A stretch of 64,000 nucleotides of DNA from Bacteriovoracaceae bacterium (GCA_965217035.1 OZ244226.1:2338146-2402145), one strand, 5' to 3'; counted from the first letter of the stretch, positions 50,753 to 60,579 are shown. Made by a program: numbers and translations. Notes: generated by a model not told the origin, from the sequence alone.

Positions 50753-51496
50753 GTGGCTATGCTCGAAGTTAGAGATATCTCAAAAAGTTTTGGAGACTTC
50801 CAAGCCGTGGACTCGGTGAGTTTTTCGGCTAACAAGGGAGAGGTTTTAGGTTTTTTAGGCCCTAACGGTGCTGGTAAGTCTACGACGATGAAGATGATTA
50901 CAGGGTTTTTAAATTCGAGTTCGGGGGATGCGATTGTTTGTGGTTCTTCTGTTAATGAGAAGCCTTTGGAAGCCCAAGCCAGTATTGGTTACGTCCCTGA
51001 AAATGCTCCTCTTTATGAAGAAATGTACGTAAGGGAATTCTTGGAATTTATTTCAAAAATGCGATCTCTCGATCCAAGTCAAATTAGCTCTCGAATTGAT
51101 GAGATTATCAAAATGTGTTCTTTGAAAGAAGTAGAGTTTCAAAAGATTGAAACTCTATCTAAAGGATATAAAAGAAGAGTCTCCCTCGCTCAATCATTAG
51201 TTCATGACCCGAAAGTTCTTATCTTAGATGAGCCAACTGATGGGCTTGATCCAAATCAAAAACACGATGTGAGAAAACTCATTAAAAAGTTATCAAAAGA
51301 AAAATGTATTTTAATTTCAACTCATATTCTTGAGGAAGTTGAAGAGGTTTGTGATCGCTGCATTATTATCGGCGAAGGAAAAAAGCTATTTGAAGGTACT
51401 CCAAAGGAGCTTAAAGATAAGTCTGAAAAGGGACGTATCCAAGATGTTTTTAGAGTTATTACGACAGGAGAGAATATGCAAGGAGTCGCAGTATGA
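50753..51496 (+). CDS. ABC transporter ATP-binding protein (GldA-like)
   Basis: GPNGAGKST, LSKGYKRRV, ILDEPT, STH. Confidence 0.95.
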   Translation: MAMLEVRDISKSFGDFQAVDSVSFSANKGEVLGFLGPNGAGKSTTMKMITGFLNSSSGDAIVCGSSVNEKPLEAQASIGYVPENAPLYEEMYVREFLEFISKMRSLDPSQISSRIDEIIKMCSLKEVEFQKIETLSKGYKRRVSLAQSLVHDPKVLILDEPTDGLDPNQKHDVRKLIKKLSKEKCILISTHILEEVEEVCDRCIIIGEGKKLFEGTPKELKDKSEKGRIQDVFRVITTGENMQGVAV

Positions 51497-52239
51497 TGGC
51501 ACAAGTTACGAAAGAATTAATGATAAAGGAATTTAAAAGTTATTTTAAAACTCCGCTTGGTTATGTATTTCTCGTTATCTTTTTATTCGGAATAGGTTAT
51601 TCAACCTTTGAGCCAGGAAGAGGAAGCTTCTTTTATATGAGAGAAGCCTCAATGAGTGCATTCTTTCGCTATATTCCTTGGATGTTTCTTTTTTTGATAC
51701 CCGCTGTAAGTATGAAGTTATGGGCCGAAGAAAGAAAATCTGGTTCCATAGAACTGCTACTTACAATGCCTATTACCGTTAAGCAGGCAGTGATTGCTAA
51801 GTTTCTCGCATCATGGGGCTTTATTGGATTAGCTCTTTTAGGAACAACTCCGATGATTTTTACTGTTGCCTATCTTGGTAATCCTGATTTTGGAGTCATT
51901 ACTTTAGGTTATCTTGCTTCTTTTCTTATGGCAGGGGCCTTACTTGCAGTTGGTGGTTTTTTCTCCGCTCTTACAAAAAACCAAGTTGTCAGTTTTATTC
52001 TTACAGTTGTTGCTTGCTTTGTACTTATTATGGCGGGATCGCCTCCAATATTAGAGTTTATATCGACACTGTTACCAAAATATTTTGTGGATCTCTTTGA
52101 ATCATTAAGTGTACTTAATCATTTTGACTCAATTGAAAGAGGGGTGTTTAGCCTAAGTAATCTCTGGTTCTTCTCGGTGACAATATTCTTTTGGTTATTT
52201 GGTAGTATCGTTTTACTTAATGAAAATAAGGCAAACTAG
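51493..52239 (+). CDS. ABC-2 permease (GldF-like)
   Basis: KEFKSYFKTPLGY, MKLWAEERKSGSIELLLTMP, TKNQVVSF. Confidence 0.9.
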   Translation: MMAQVTKELMIKEFKSYFKTPLGYVFLVIFLFGIGYSTFEPGRGSFFYMREASMSAFFRYIPWMFLFLIPAVSMKLWAEERKSGSIELLLTMPITVKQAVIAKFLASWGFIGLALLGTTPMIFTVAYLGNPDFGVITLGYLASFLMAGALLAVGGFFSALTKNQVVSFILTVVACFVLIMAGSPPILEFISTLLPKYFVDLFESLSVLNHFDSIERGVFSLSNLWFFSVTIFFWLFGSIVLLNENKAN

Positions 52240-52250
52240 GAAGGGATATA

Positions 52251-54218
52251 ATGAATAATACAAATGAAAAATACTTGAAAATAATTCTTGGTCTCTTCTC
52301 GATGACCTTGATGATTTATATTGGAACCACACTTTTAAAGCGAGCTAGAGTAGATTTTACTGAAGAGAATCTTTATACGCTTTCGAAGGGAACGAAATCT
52401 ATTCTCTCAAAGCTTGATTCTCCTATAAAATTAAAACTTTATTACTCTAAAACTGCTGCCAATAAAGGAACTGAGGGGTTAAGGGCGTTTAACAACCACT
52501 TTCTTTATGTTCAGGATCTATTAAGGCAGTACACAGGACATTCAAGAAACAATCTAAACTTAGAAGTCATCGACCCTAGACCTGATACCGTCGAAGAAGA
52601 AGACGCTTTAGCTTATGGACTTAAGAAGTTTAACTTAACGGAGACTGAAAGATATTTTTTTGGTTTAGTCGCTGAAAATGAATCAGGTACAGAGAAAGTC
52701 ATTGAATTTTTTGATCCCAATCAGAAAGATAAATTAGAGTATGATCTCACTAAATTAATCTATACTGTACTCAATCCACAAAAGAAAAATATTGGGATTC
52801 TTTCTTCACTTGAAGTTATGACTGAAGATATGAATGGCTACATGGCACAAATTATGCGGATGCAGGGTAAAAATGTTGAAGAGTCTTGGGTTGTAACTAA
52901 AATGCTAAAGGAATTTTATAATGTTAAGAAAATTGAAAAAAATACTGATTCGATCACTGGGGTAGATACACTAGCTATTATTCACCCAAAAGGGTTTGAA
53001 GAAAAAACTCTCTTTGCTATTGATCAGTTTGTCATGAAGGGAGGGAATCTCTTGGTCTTTGTTGACCCTCATGCAGTCGTCGATCGTGCCGGTACTGGTA
53101 TGTACGGAGGTGTTTCCAGTTCCCCCGATGCAGGTTTTAAAAAGTTGATGGATAAATGGGGAGTAGAACTTAAGGCCGGAGAATTCGCAGGTGATAAGCA
53201 CTTAAGTGCTTCTGGACAATACAATCCTAATTTACCTCCTTCTCGTTTACTTGCCCTTATGAATTGTAATGAGACGTGTACTACGAGCTTTGAAGATACT
53301 GTTACTTCAGGGATAAATAATTCACTTTTTGTTTATCCGGGAGTTTTAAAGACTAACGAAGTTGAAGGAGTTAAACATACTCCAATTCTTTCAACCTCTC
53401 AAAAAGGAAATTCTTATAAAGCGCAGGGTTATGAACTGAACAATCCTCAGGCCCTTTGGAATAAATTCTCTGAGGGAAGTGAACCTGTCATCATGGGGTA
53501 TAAATCTATAGGTAAGTTTAAAACGGCATTTCCTGAGGGGGTAAAGTTAGAAGAAAAGGATAAAGACAAAAAGAAGAAAAAAGAGAAGGTTGAGATTGTT
53601 AAAGAATCTAAAAAAGAGTCCGCAATAATTGTTTTTTCAGATGTAGACTTTTTGACAGACCAGTTTGCTTTTAAAAATTCATTCCTTGGACCTAGTGTAG
53701 CGAATGACAATAGCACTCTTTTTCTAAATAGTGTTGAGGCCTTAAGTGGGGATACTGATCTCTTAAGTGTTCGCTCTAAAGGAAGAATTAATAGATCTTT
53801 TGATGTCATTAACCAAATCGAATTTGAGGCAGAAAAAAGAACTGCTGATAAGGTTAAGGAAATCAATGCCAGTATTGCAAGGTTTCAGTCAGAGCTAAAT
53901 CAACTCGGGCGAAAGGCCAACGAAGGAAATATCGCTATTCTACAAAATGAAGGGATTAAGAAGAAAAAAGAACTAGCGAAGCAAATTGCCATCTTAAAAA
54001 AGGAGCTTCGAGCAGTTAAACGTGAAGGACGAGAAAAGATAGAAGGAATAGGTAAGATCTTTCAATACATCAATACTTTACTCGTACCACTACTTGTTAT
54101 TGGATTTGGTCTGTATTACAGCAGGAGAAGAAACCGCTTAATGCAAGGTCAGAGAAAGAAAGCTGATGATAATTCTACAAAAAGTAATACGTCTAAATTA
54201 GTGGAGGCAAAAGCATGA
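52251..54218 (+). CDS. GldG-family ABC auxiliary component
   Basis: DFTEENLYTLSKGT, EYDLTKLI, IDQFVMKGGNLLVFVDP, C-terminal TM. Confidence 0.9.
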   Translation: MNNTNEKYLKIILGLFSMTLMIYIGTTLLKRARVDFTEENLYTLSKGTKSILSKLDSPIKLKLYYSKTAANKGTEGLRAFNNHFLYVQDLLRQYTGHSRNNLNLEVIDPRPDTVEEEDALAYGLKKFNLTETERYFFGLVAENESGTEKVIEFFDPNQKDKLEYDLTKLIYTVLNPQKKNIGILSSLEVMTEDMNGYMAQIMRMQGKNVEESWVVTKMLKEFYNVKKIEKNTDSITGVDTLAIIHPKGFEEKTLFAIDQFVMKGGNLLVFVDPHAVVDRAGTGMYGGVSSSPDAGFKKLMDKWGVELKAGEFAGDKHLSASGQYNPNLPPSRLLALMNCNETCTTSFEDTVTSGINNSLFVYPGVLKTNEVEGVKHTPILSTSQKGNSYKAQGYELNNPQALWNKFSEGSEPVIMGYKSIGKFKTAFPEGVKLEEKDKDKKKKKEKVEIVKESKKESAIIVFSDVDFLTDQFAFKNSFLGPSVANDNSTLFLNSVEALSGDTDLLSVRSKGRINRSFDVINQIEFEAEKRTADKVKEINASIARFQSELNQLGRKANEGNIAILQNEGIKKKKELAKQIAILKKELRAVKREGREKIEGIGKIFQYINTLLVPLLVIGFGLYYSRRRNRLMQGQRKKADDNSTKSNTSKLVEAKA

Positions 54219-55243
54219 AACTAAGAATATTATCAATATTTACAGGGATCCTTTTTGTTGCTTCGGTATTTGTTTATATGAATGAAAATAGAAGAGGAAC
54301 TGATTTATTAAGTGGAAGTGACTATATAAAAGGATTAGATATTGGAAAAATTAAGAAAATATCTCTCAATTTTCAAGATGACAAAAAAGTTATTCTTACA
54401 AGGGATAGTAACAAGTTCGTTATAGAGAATCAGAAGTTATATCCAGCCGATACGGCAAAGGTTAATGACTTAATTTATAAGATTGCGAGCATTCAAGTAA
54501 AAGAAAAAATAGGGACAGATACTTCAGAAGAGGGATTAAAGAAGTACGAGCTTGACCCAAAAGGTCGAAAGTACTTTGTTGAACTATATGATAATGACAA
54601 CAAAAAGACAGTTTCCTTTAGCATAGGAAAAAGCCATAAAGGGAAAGGGAATTATCTCTATAAAGAAGGAAGTAATGAAATCTATCTTTCTCAAGAAAAC
54701 CTTTGGATCAATTCTTCTCATAAGGACTTTATCAATACAGTTTTGTTAGATATTAAGAAGGATGAGATTGCAAAAATCAGTCTGAAAGCAGATAAAGAGA
54801 TTGAACTGGAAAAGGTGGAGAAAGAGTTTGTAGTTAAGCTTCCTGAAAATTCAAAGTTTAAAAAAGAAAAAGCTAATGATTACGCCTCAAAATTTAAAAA
54901 TTTGAGGTTCGAAGATTACTTTGCTTACAATGATTCTGATATTCAAGGAATCCAATTTTCAAAAGACATCAAGATTCAGCTAAAAAATAAGATGGTCTAC
55001 AAAGTAAGCTTAGGAAAGAAAAAAGATGATCACTTTATTAAGGTTAATGCCTTGGTGAATGAAGTCCCAAAGAAGATTATTGTGAGTAAGGATGATGGGA
55101 AAGACAAGCTTCAGAATATTGAAGATATGATTCAGGCTCAAGGCCAGGCTCAGAAAGTTAACCTGGAAAAGGGGAACTGGGTTTATAAAATTGATAAGTC
55201 GACTTTTGAGAAAATTGCAGTGGATTCGGGCTTCTTTATGTAA
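54215..55243 (+). CDS. DUF4340 domain-containing protein
   Basis: YPADTAKVNDLI, LKKYEL pattern; typical position after gldG-like genes. Confidence 0.75.
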   Translation: MKLRILSIFTGILFVASVFVYMNENRRGTDLLSGSDYIKGLDIGKIKKISLNFQDDKKVILTRDSNKFVIENQKLYPADTAKVNDLIYKIASIQVKEKIGTDTSEEGLKKYELDPKGRKYFVELYDNDNKKTVSFSIGKSHKGKGNYLYKEGSNEIYLSQENLWINSSHKDFINTVLLDIKKDEIAKISLKADKEIELEKVEKEFVVKLPENSKFKKEKANDYASKFKNLRFEDYFAYNDSDIQGIQFSKDIKIQLKNKMVYKVSLGKKKDDHFIKVNALVNEVPKKIIVSKDDGKDKLQNIEDMIQAQGQAQKVNLEKGNWVYKIDKSTFEKIAVDSGFFM

Positions 55244-55264
55244 AATTTTGTTGCTTTAGAGTAA

Positions 55265-55304
55265 TTTGAGGCTCAAAATTGACCTGAGTGAAACACAACT
55301 CAGG
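55265..55304. promoter_or_regulatory. Two adjacent palindromes upstream of the ATP-grasp gene
   Basis: TTTGAG-G-CTCAAA (55265-55277) and CCTGAGT-N8-ACTCAGG (55283-55304), the latter overlapping the AGGGG RBS. Confidence 0.5.
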
Positions 55305-55310
55305 GGTACT

Positions 55311-56735
55311 ATGACACGAGAAATCGAATTAATTGAGCCTAACAATTTCGAGCAAGAGAACCACTTTTATCCTAAGGCCTTGAATTCTCAACTTCATCCT
55401 ATGGTGAGCCATTTTCTTAATCTTGATCATGATCGCCTCATAAGTCGATATGCTCACTTGAATCCTCAAGTTGATACTGAAGAGTTGAAAAAGCTTCTCA
55501 AATATCAATCTAAGCACTTTTTCTGGGGTGGATCAGACCTCTTTTACGTCGCAACTGAGACGGGTAATAGAAAAATGGTCATTTTAGAAACTAACTCTTG
55601 CCCTTCTGGTCAAAAATCAATGCCTCCTAGAAGCGATGCGGATGAACATAGAGGTTATCGTTATCTTCTTGAGAATTCATTTCTAAAAATTTTAAGAAAA
55701 AAGAGACTTCCTAGAGGGGCATTAGCAGTTATTTATGATAAAAACTACATGGAAACGTCTGGATATGCTCAAACTTTAGCAGATCTTACTAATGAAAGCG
55801 TTTATCTAGTCCCTCATTTTAATGGAGACAAAAGCGTCATTGATTTTGAAAATGGAGTGATGAGGGTTTCAACTCCAGAAGGTAAGATTCCGATTAGAGC
55901 AGCATTTCGATATGTAACTCAAAAACCTTGGAATCGAATTCCAGCACAGACTAAAACTTTTATCTACAATTCAACCTTAGTTTGTTTAGCAGGGGGAAGA
56001 AATAAGCTCCTGGCGAATAAAGCTTATGAAATTTTTAACTCCGAGATCGCAGAATCAGGTTTGAAAATTAATATGCCCGAAACTATTAAAGATGTTAACA
56101 AACTTGAAATTCCTCTGTGGATTCAGAGATTTGGTGGAAAAGCCGTTATTAAAAACCCTTATTCGAATGCTGGCCAGGGGGTATATACAATCACAACAGA
56201 GGATGAACTTAATGCTTTTATGGAACGAGACTATTCATATGATCAGTTCATCGTTCAAAGTTTAATTGGGCATTATGAGTGGAGTTCTCAGAGTCAGTTT
56301 GGAAAATACTTTCACATTGGAACTGTTCCAAATAAGAAAGGAAATATCTACATAGCAGATCTTCGAGTGATGATTTACTCATCGCCAGAAGGTTTTAAGC
56401 CGTGTGCAATTTATGCGAGAAGAGCAAAGAGTCCTTTGAAGTCTGAGATAACTTCAAATAGTTGGGATGTTCTAGGAACAAACCTCTCAATAAAGTTAGA
56501 TGAAAATAAGTGGGGTTCAGATACTAATCGTTTAATGCTCATGGATCGAAAAGACTTCAATGCTTTAGGGATAGGAATTGATGACTTGATTGAAGCTTAT
56601 TTTCAAACAGTTCTAACAGTGATAGCGATTGATAAGATGGCCCAAAACTTAGTGAATAAAAAGGGGCAGTTTAGAATGAAGCTATTCAAGTCTTTGGACA
56701 ATGATGAATCTCTTTTAAAAGAAATCTTAGCTTGA
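55311..56735 (+). CDS. Uncharacterized ATP-grasp protein, apparently circularly permuted (peptide/amide ligase-like)
   Basis: N-terminal GSDLF...VILETNSCPSG; later GRNKLLA, MPETI, AVIKNPYSNAGQGV, FIVQSLI, DLRV. Confidence 0.75.
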   Translation: MTREIELIEPNNFEQENHFYPKALNSQLHPMVSHFLNLDHDRLISRYAHLNPQVDTEELKKLLKYQSKHFFWGGSDLFYVATETGNRKMVILETNSCPSGQKSMPPRSDADEHRGYRYLLENSFLKILRKKRLPRGALAVIYDKNYMETSGYAQTLADLTNESVYLVPHFNGDKSVIDFENGVMRVSTPEGKIPIRAAFRYVTQKPWNRIPAQTKTFIYNSTLVCLAGGRNKLLANKAYEIFNSEIAESGLKINMPETIKDVNKLEIPLWIQRFGGKAVIKNPYSNAGQGVYTITTEDELNAFMERDYSYDQFIVQSLIGHYEWSSQSQFGKYFHIGTVPNKKGNIYIADLRVMIYSSPEGFKPCAIYARRAKSPLKSEITSNSWDVLGTNLSIKLDENKWGSDTNRLMLMDRKDFNALGIGIDDLIEAYFQTVLTVIAIDKMAQNLVNKKGQFRMKLFKSLDNDESLLKEILA

Positions 56736-56740
56736 GGTGA

Positions 56741-57775
56741 ATGATGAGTGAATTTTTAAGTGTAAGTATTAAAGAAGATCTTGATTTAGAAGAACTAGAA
56801 CAAGGAAAGGTTCACAAAATTAAAGTTCATCTAACAGATAATGCACTAGGGGTTCCGTGGAGGGTTCCTGTGATTGTTGTGAAAGGAAAGAACAAGGGGC
56901 CAACTTTAGGAATTACTGCAGCAGTTCACGGAGATGAACTCAATGGAATTTCGACTATTTTCAAGCTTTTAAAAGAGATTAACCCTGAGAAGCTTAGTGG
57001 CAATCTTGTGATGGTTCCCATTAGTAATGTTCCTGGGTATTTAAAAAATCAGCGTTATTTCTCTGATAATGTAGATTTAAATAGAATTATGCCTGGAAAA
57101 CCTGAGGGGGCTACGAGTAGTCTATATGCTCACTTTTTTACTGAAAAAATTGTTAAAAAATTCGACTATCTTCTTGATCTTCACACTGCAAGTTACGGGA
57201 GAGTGAATAGCCTTTATATTAGGTCAGACCTAGAAGATGAGGAAACAAGGACTCTTGCTTATCTCCAAAATTCACAAATTATTGTTAGTAAAGATAATGA
57301 GTCTGGAACGTTGAGATCTTGGGCCAATCAACAAGGAATTCCAGCTATAACAGTTGAGATAGGAAATCCAAACGCATTTCAACATAATCTCATTGATGAA
57401 ACTCTCGATGGAGTAATGAACACTCTTCGATATTATAAAATGATTGAAGGAGAGGTCGAAGATATGATTACAGATGACAATGTGACTGTCTGTGATCACT
57501 CATTTTGGATATATTCCAAGAAGGGAGGAATTGTTGATGTTTTTCCAAAGCTCACTGATAAGGTGAAGAAAAGTGAGGTAATTGCAAATATCTATGATGT
57601 TTTTGGTGATGTAAGAGAACAGATAAAGTCTGACGTTGATGGTGTTGTCATTGGGAAAAATGTGAGTCCTAGTTGTGATGCAGGAACAAGAATACTTCAT
57701 CTTGGGACTCATATTATGGAGCCGATGCCTGAAACAGTTCCTGGAACTGATGAGTTTGAGGAAGTGAATGAGTAA
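56741..57775 (+). CDS. Succinylglutamate desuccinylase/aspartoacylase (AstE/AspA, M14-like) family protein
   Basis: AVHGDELNG, DLNRIMPG, LDLHT, ITVEIG, C-terminal biotinyl-like domain. Confidence 0.9.
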   Translation: MMSEFLSVSIKEDLDLEELEQGKVHKIKVHLTDNALGVPWRVPVIVVKGKNKGPTLGITAAVHGDELNGISTIFKLLKEINPEKLSGNLVMVPISNVPGYLKNQRYFSDNVDLNRIMPGKPEGATSSLYAHFFTEKIVKKFDYLLDLHTASYGRVNSLYIRSDLEDEETRTLAYLQNSQIIVSKDNESGTLRSWANQQGIPAITVEIGNPNAFQHNLIDETLDGVMNTLRYYKMIEGEVEDMITDDNVTVCDHSFWIYSKKGGIVDVFPKLTDKVKKSEVIANIYDVFGDVREQIKSDVDGVVIGKNVSPSCDAGTRILHLGTHIMEPMPETVPGTDEFEEVNE

Positions 57776-58517
57776 GAAAATTGGAATGAAAGTTCTTAAA
57801 GGAAAAATTAATTCTTTTCATTTTCAAGAAGGGAAAGAAATTTCCAAAAAGTATCGGATACTTGAAAAGCTTGGTGGGGGTTGGGAAGGAGAAGTTTATA
57901 AGGTTGAGGAAATTTCAACAGGTATCATGAGAGCAGCGAAATTTTTTAAACCACACCGAAATATCAAAAATAAATCAGCAAAGCTATATGCTAAGAAACT
58001 TTATAAACTTAGAAATTGTCCTATTCTTATTCAGTATATTACCCAAGAAAAAATGATGTTTTGGGGTAGAGAAGTCACTTATCTAATATCTGACTATGTC
58101 GAAGGTGATACACTTGATAAATTTTTAAAAAGACAGAAAAGCAAACGTTTACTGCCTTTTCAAGCGGTTCATCTGCTTCATTCACTCGCGAGTGGACTTG
58201 AAGAAATTCATGCTCAAAGGGAATATCATGGTGATCTTCATGTTGATAACATCATCGTTCAAAAATTTGGACTTGGCTTTGATTTGAGACTACTTGATAT
58301 GTACCACTGGGGCAGAGCAACTTCGCAGGATTATAGAGATGATCTTTGTGATGCGATAAGAATTTTTTACGATGCGATGGGGGGAAGGAAAACTTATTCT
58401 AAACTACCAGATGAAATAAAGTATATCTGTGGAGGGTTGAAGAAAAGTCTTATTACTAAAAGGTTTAAGAATATGTCAGAGCTTAGAATATTTTTAGAAA
58501 ATATGAGTTGGGAATGA
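57768..58517 (+). CDS. Minimal Ser/Thr protein kinase
   Basis: LGGGWEGEVY, AAK, HGDLHVDN, D(MY) at the DFG position. Confidence 0.82.
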   Translation: MSKKIGMKVLKGKINSFHFQEGKEISKKYRILEKLGGGWEGEVYKVEEISTGIMRAAKFFKPHRNIKNKSAKLYAKKLYKLRNCPILIQYITQEKMMFWGREVTYLISDYVEGDTLDKFLKRQKSKRLLPFQAVHLLHSLASGLEEIHAQREYHGDLHVDNIIVQKFGLGFDLRLLDMYHWGRATSQDYRDDLCDAIRIFYDAMGGRKTYSKLPDEIKYICGGLKKSLITKRFKNMSELRIFLENMSWE

Positions 58518-59290
58518 AACAACAAATTATCTTAAATAAAAATGAGAACTTTGACGTTGGGAAGCTAGAAACTTCACTTGGGGAGTGTAGTTACGCTTCT
58601 ATTTGTTATCCTCATCATGAAGTTAATCAAGATTCTCTGGCCATCTTTCAGCTTGAGAATGATGATTTAGTCATGCTGGTTTCAGACGGTATGGGCGGAC
58701 ATGCAGCTGGAGAAGTTGCCTCTAAAATTATTTGCGAAACTTTTAAGAAAACTTTAAGTAAGAAATCTACCAATCTAAGAAACAAAGTTCTTGATGCGAT
58801 AGAGAAATCCAATAAAGAAGTGAGAAAGCTTAAGGTCGGTGCAGGAGCTACCTTAACTTGCTGTTATATCAAAAAAAAGGGAGTTATCCGTTTTTTTAAT
58901 ATAGGAGATTCAAGTCAACTTTTACTTGGCAGTCGTGGGAAAATAAAATTTAGGGGAGTTGAACATTCGCCCCTTGGTCATGGAATTGAAGCAGGGATTA
59001 TCGAAGATAGAGTAGAGCAAGAGCTTGTAGAAGACAATATTATATCTAATGGCGTTGGCTTTCAGAAAATGCGAGTTGAGATGAGCGTTGGACTTGAAAT
59101 ACTGGAGGGTGATATCGTCTTCTTGGCAAGCGATGGTGTAACAGGAATTATGAACGAAGAAAAATATGTTAATCTTGTAACAAGTGGTGATTTCAATGAT
59201 CGAGTTGCAAGGATTGTTCAGAGTTTCAAGGAAGATGAATCAACTATTCAAGATGATAGTACAGTGATTTTATATCGACATGGAAAATAA
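58514..59290 (+). CDS. PP2C/PPM family protein phosphatase
   Basis: NQDS, VSDGMGGHAAGEVAS, NIGDS, LASDGV, QDDSTVI. Confidence 0.92.
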   Translation: MKQQIILNKNENFDVGKLETSLGECSYASICYPHHEVNQDSLAIFQLENDDLVMLVSDGMGGHAAGEVASKIICETFKKTLSKKSTNLRNKVLDAIEKSNKEVRKLKVGAGATLTCCYIKKKGVIRFFNIGDSSQLLLGSRGKIKFRGVEHSPLGHGIEAGIIEDRVEQELVEDNIISNGVGFQKMRVEMSVGLEILEGDIVFLASDGVTGIMNEEKYVNLVTSGDFNDRVARIVQSFKEDESTIQDDSTVILYRHGK

Positions 59291-59786
59291 GATGAGTGGC
59301 ATTAAAACAGAGATCAAACGAGTTAATGGCTACTTAAAAGAAGTGACGACTTTTCTCGATTCTTCAGGCAAACCTATATATCATATTGTTAATCCCGTGA
59401 TGACAGAGTTAAGGCCTCGAGATATTCTTCAGATTTTTATCGGAGCAATGATATTTGGCGCACCTCTTTGCTATACTGAAGAAATATGGACACTGAGTAC
59501 TGAGATTTCCAGGCACAAAATAACAATTCTTAATTTAGTTGGGTTTATATTGTTATCGTCATTTGTTTATTTCAACTTCTATCGATTTAAATTGAAAGGA
59601 AACGTAATTAATTTTCTTAAAAGATCGCTTGGGATTTTCGCGATAACCTTTCTAACAATTGGAATGTTTCTTTACCTTATAGATAAGCTACCACTAAATG
59701 AGAGTTACCATCTTGCTTATAAAAGAATTTCACTGATCGCATTTCCGAGTCTCTTTAGTGCTGCAATTAGTGATATGCTGAAGTAA
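59280..59786 (+). CDS. DUF2391 family membrane protein
   Basis: RDILQIFIGA...P...TEEIW..S, FPSLFSAAISD. Confidence 0.75.
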   Translation: MENKMSGIKTEIKRVNGYLKEVTTFLDSSGKPIYHIVNPVMTELRPRDILQIFIGAMIFGAPLCYTEEIWTLSTEISRHKITILNLVGFILLSSFVYFNFYRFKLKGNVINFLKRSLGIFAITFLTIGMFLYLIDKLPLNESYHLAYKRISLIAFPSLFSAAISDMLK

Positions 59787-59829
59787 TTAATAAAGATATG
59801 GATATCTAGAGCAAAGAATACGGGCAAGT

Positions 59830-60579
59830 TTAACTTATGAAAACGTATGTATTCTTGTAGATAATGAAAAAACCCATGATAACTAAAAAAATTGCAAAAG
59901 CCTTTTTTAGCGTTTTTTGAGGAACAAACTTTACTAAGTAAGAGCCTATTAATATCCCTGTTCCTGAAAAAGCTGTAAATTTAACAAGAAAATCCCAAGG
60001 AATTTCCATAATCGTTATATATCCAGCAAAGCCAGCAAAAGATTTTAATGAAATTACCAGAAGCGATGTTCCGACGGCCTTTTTCATTGATAAGCCAGTC
60101 AATAAAACTAGTGCAGGAACAATGAGAAAACCTCCTCCTACGCCAACAAGACCAGTTATAATTCCAACAATTATACCTTCACCAACAATGAGAGGAATGT
60201 TTATAGTTTTGTCTTTTTTAGAAATACTTTCATCTCTTCCTTTAAACATAAAATATGATGCGATTATCATTATGACAGAAAATAATATAAGTTGTGTTGA
60301 TCCTGATAGATATTGACTTAGTTTGGCTCCAACAAAAGTTCCTATCATTGCAACAGGCCCAAAAATTAGAGCGATTTTAAAGTCTATGTTTTGATTTTTA
60401 TAATGTCCAAAAACTCCAATTAAACTAGTTGCCCCGACTATTGCAAGACTTAAAGCAATTGAAAGTTTTGGATTCATGTTCAGGGCATACACAAGAATAG
60501 GAACAGTTAAGATCGATCCACCACCTCCAAGCAGTCCAAGACTAAGTCCAATAAGTGTTGCCAAAGAGTATGCTAGCAT
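59830..60579 (-). CDS. Sulfite exporter TauE/SafE family protein
   Basis: LGLLGGGGSILTVP, GLVGVGGGFLIVP, AVGTSL. Confidence 0.93.
   Translation of the reverse strand: MLAYSLATLIGLSLGLLGGGGSILTVPILVYALNMNPKLSIALSLAIVGATSLIGVFGHYKNQNIDFKIALIFGPVAMIGTFVGAKLSQYLSGSTQLILFSVIMIIASYFMFKGRDESISKKDKTINIPLIVGEGIIVGIITGLVGVGGGFLIVPALVLLTGLSMKKAVGTSLLVISLKSFAGFAGYITIMEIPWDFLVKFTAFSGTGILIGSYLVKFVPQKTLKKAFAIFLVIMGFFIIYKNTYVFIS

Noticed and set aside
50753..54218. Calling the ABC genes a gliding-motility system
   Set aside because: GldA/F/G-like families are widespread in non-Bacteroidota; no other gld/spr genes are present here.
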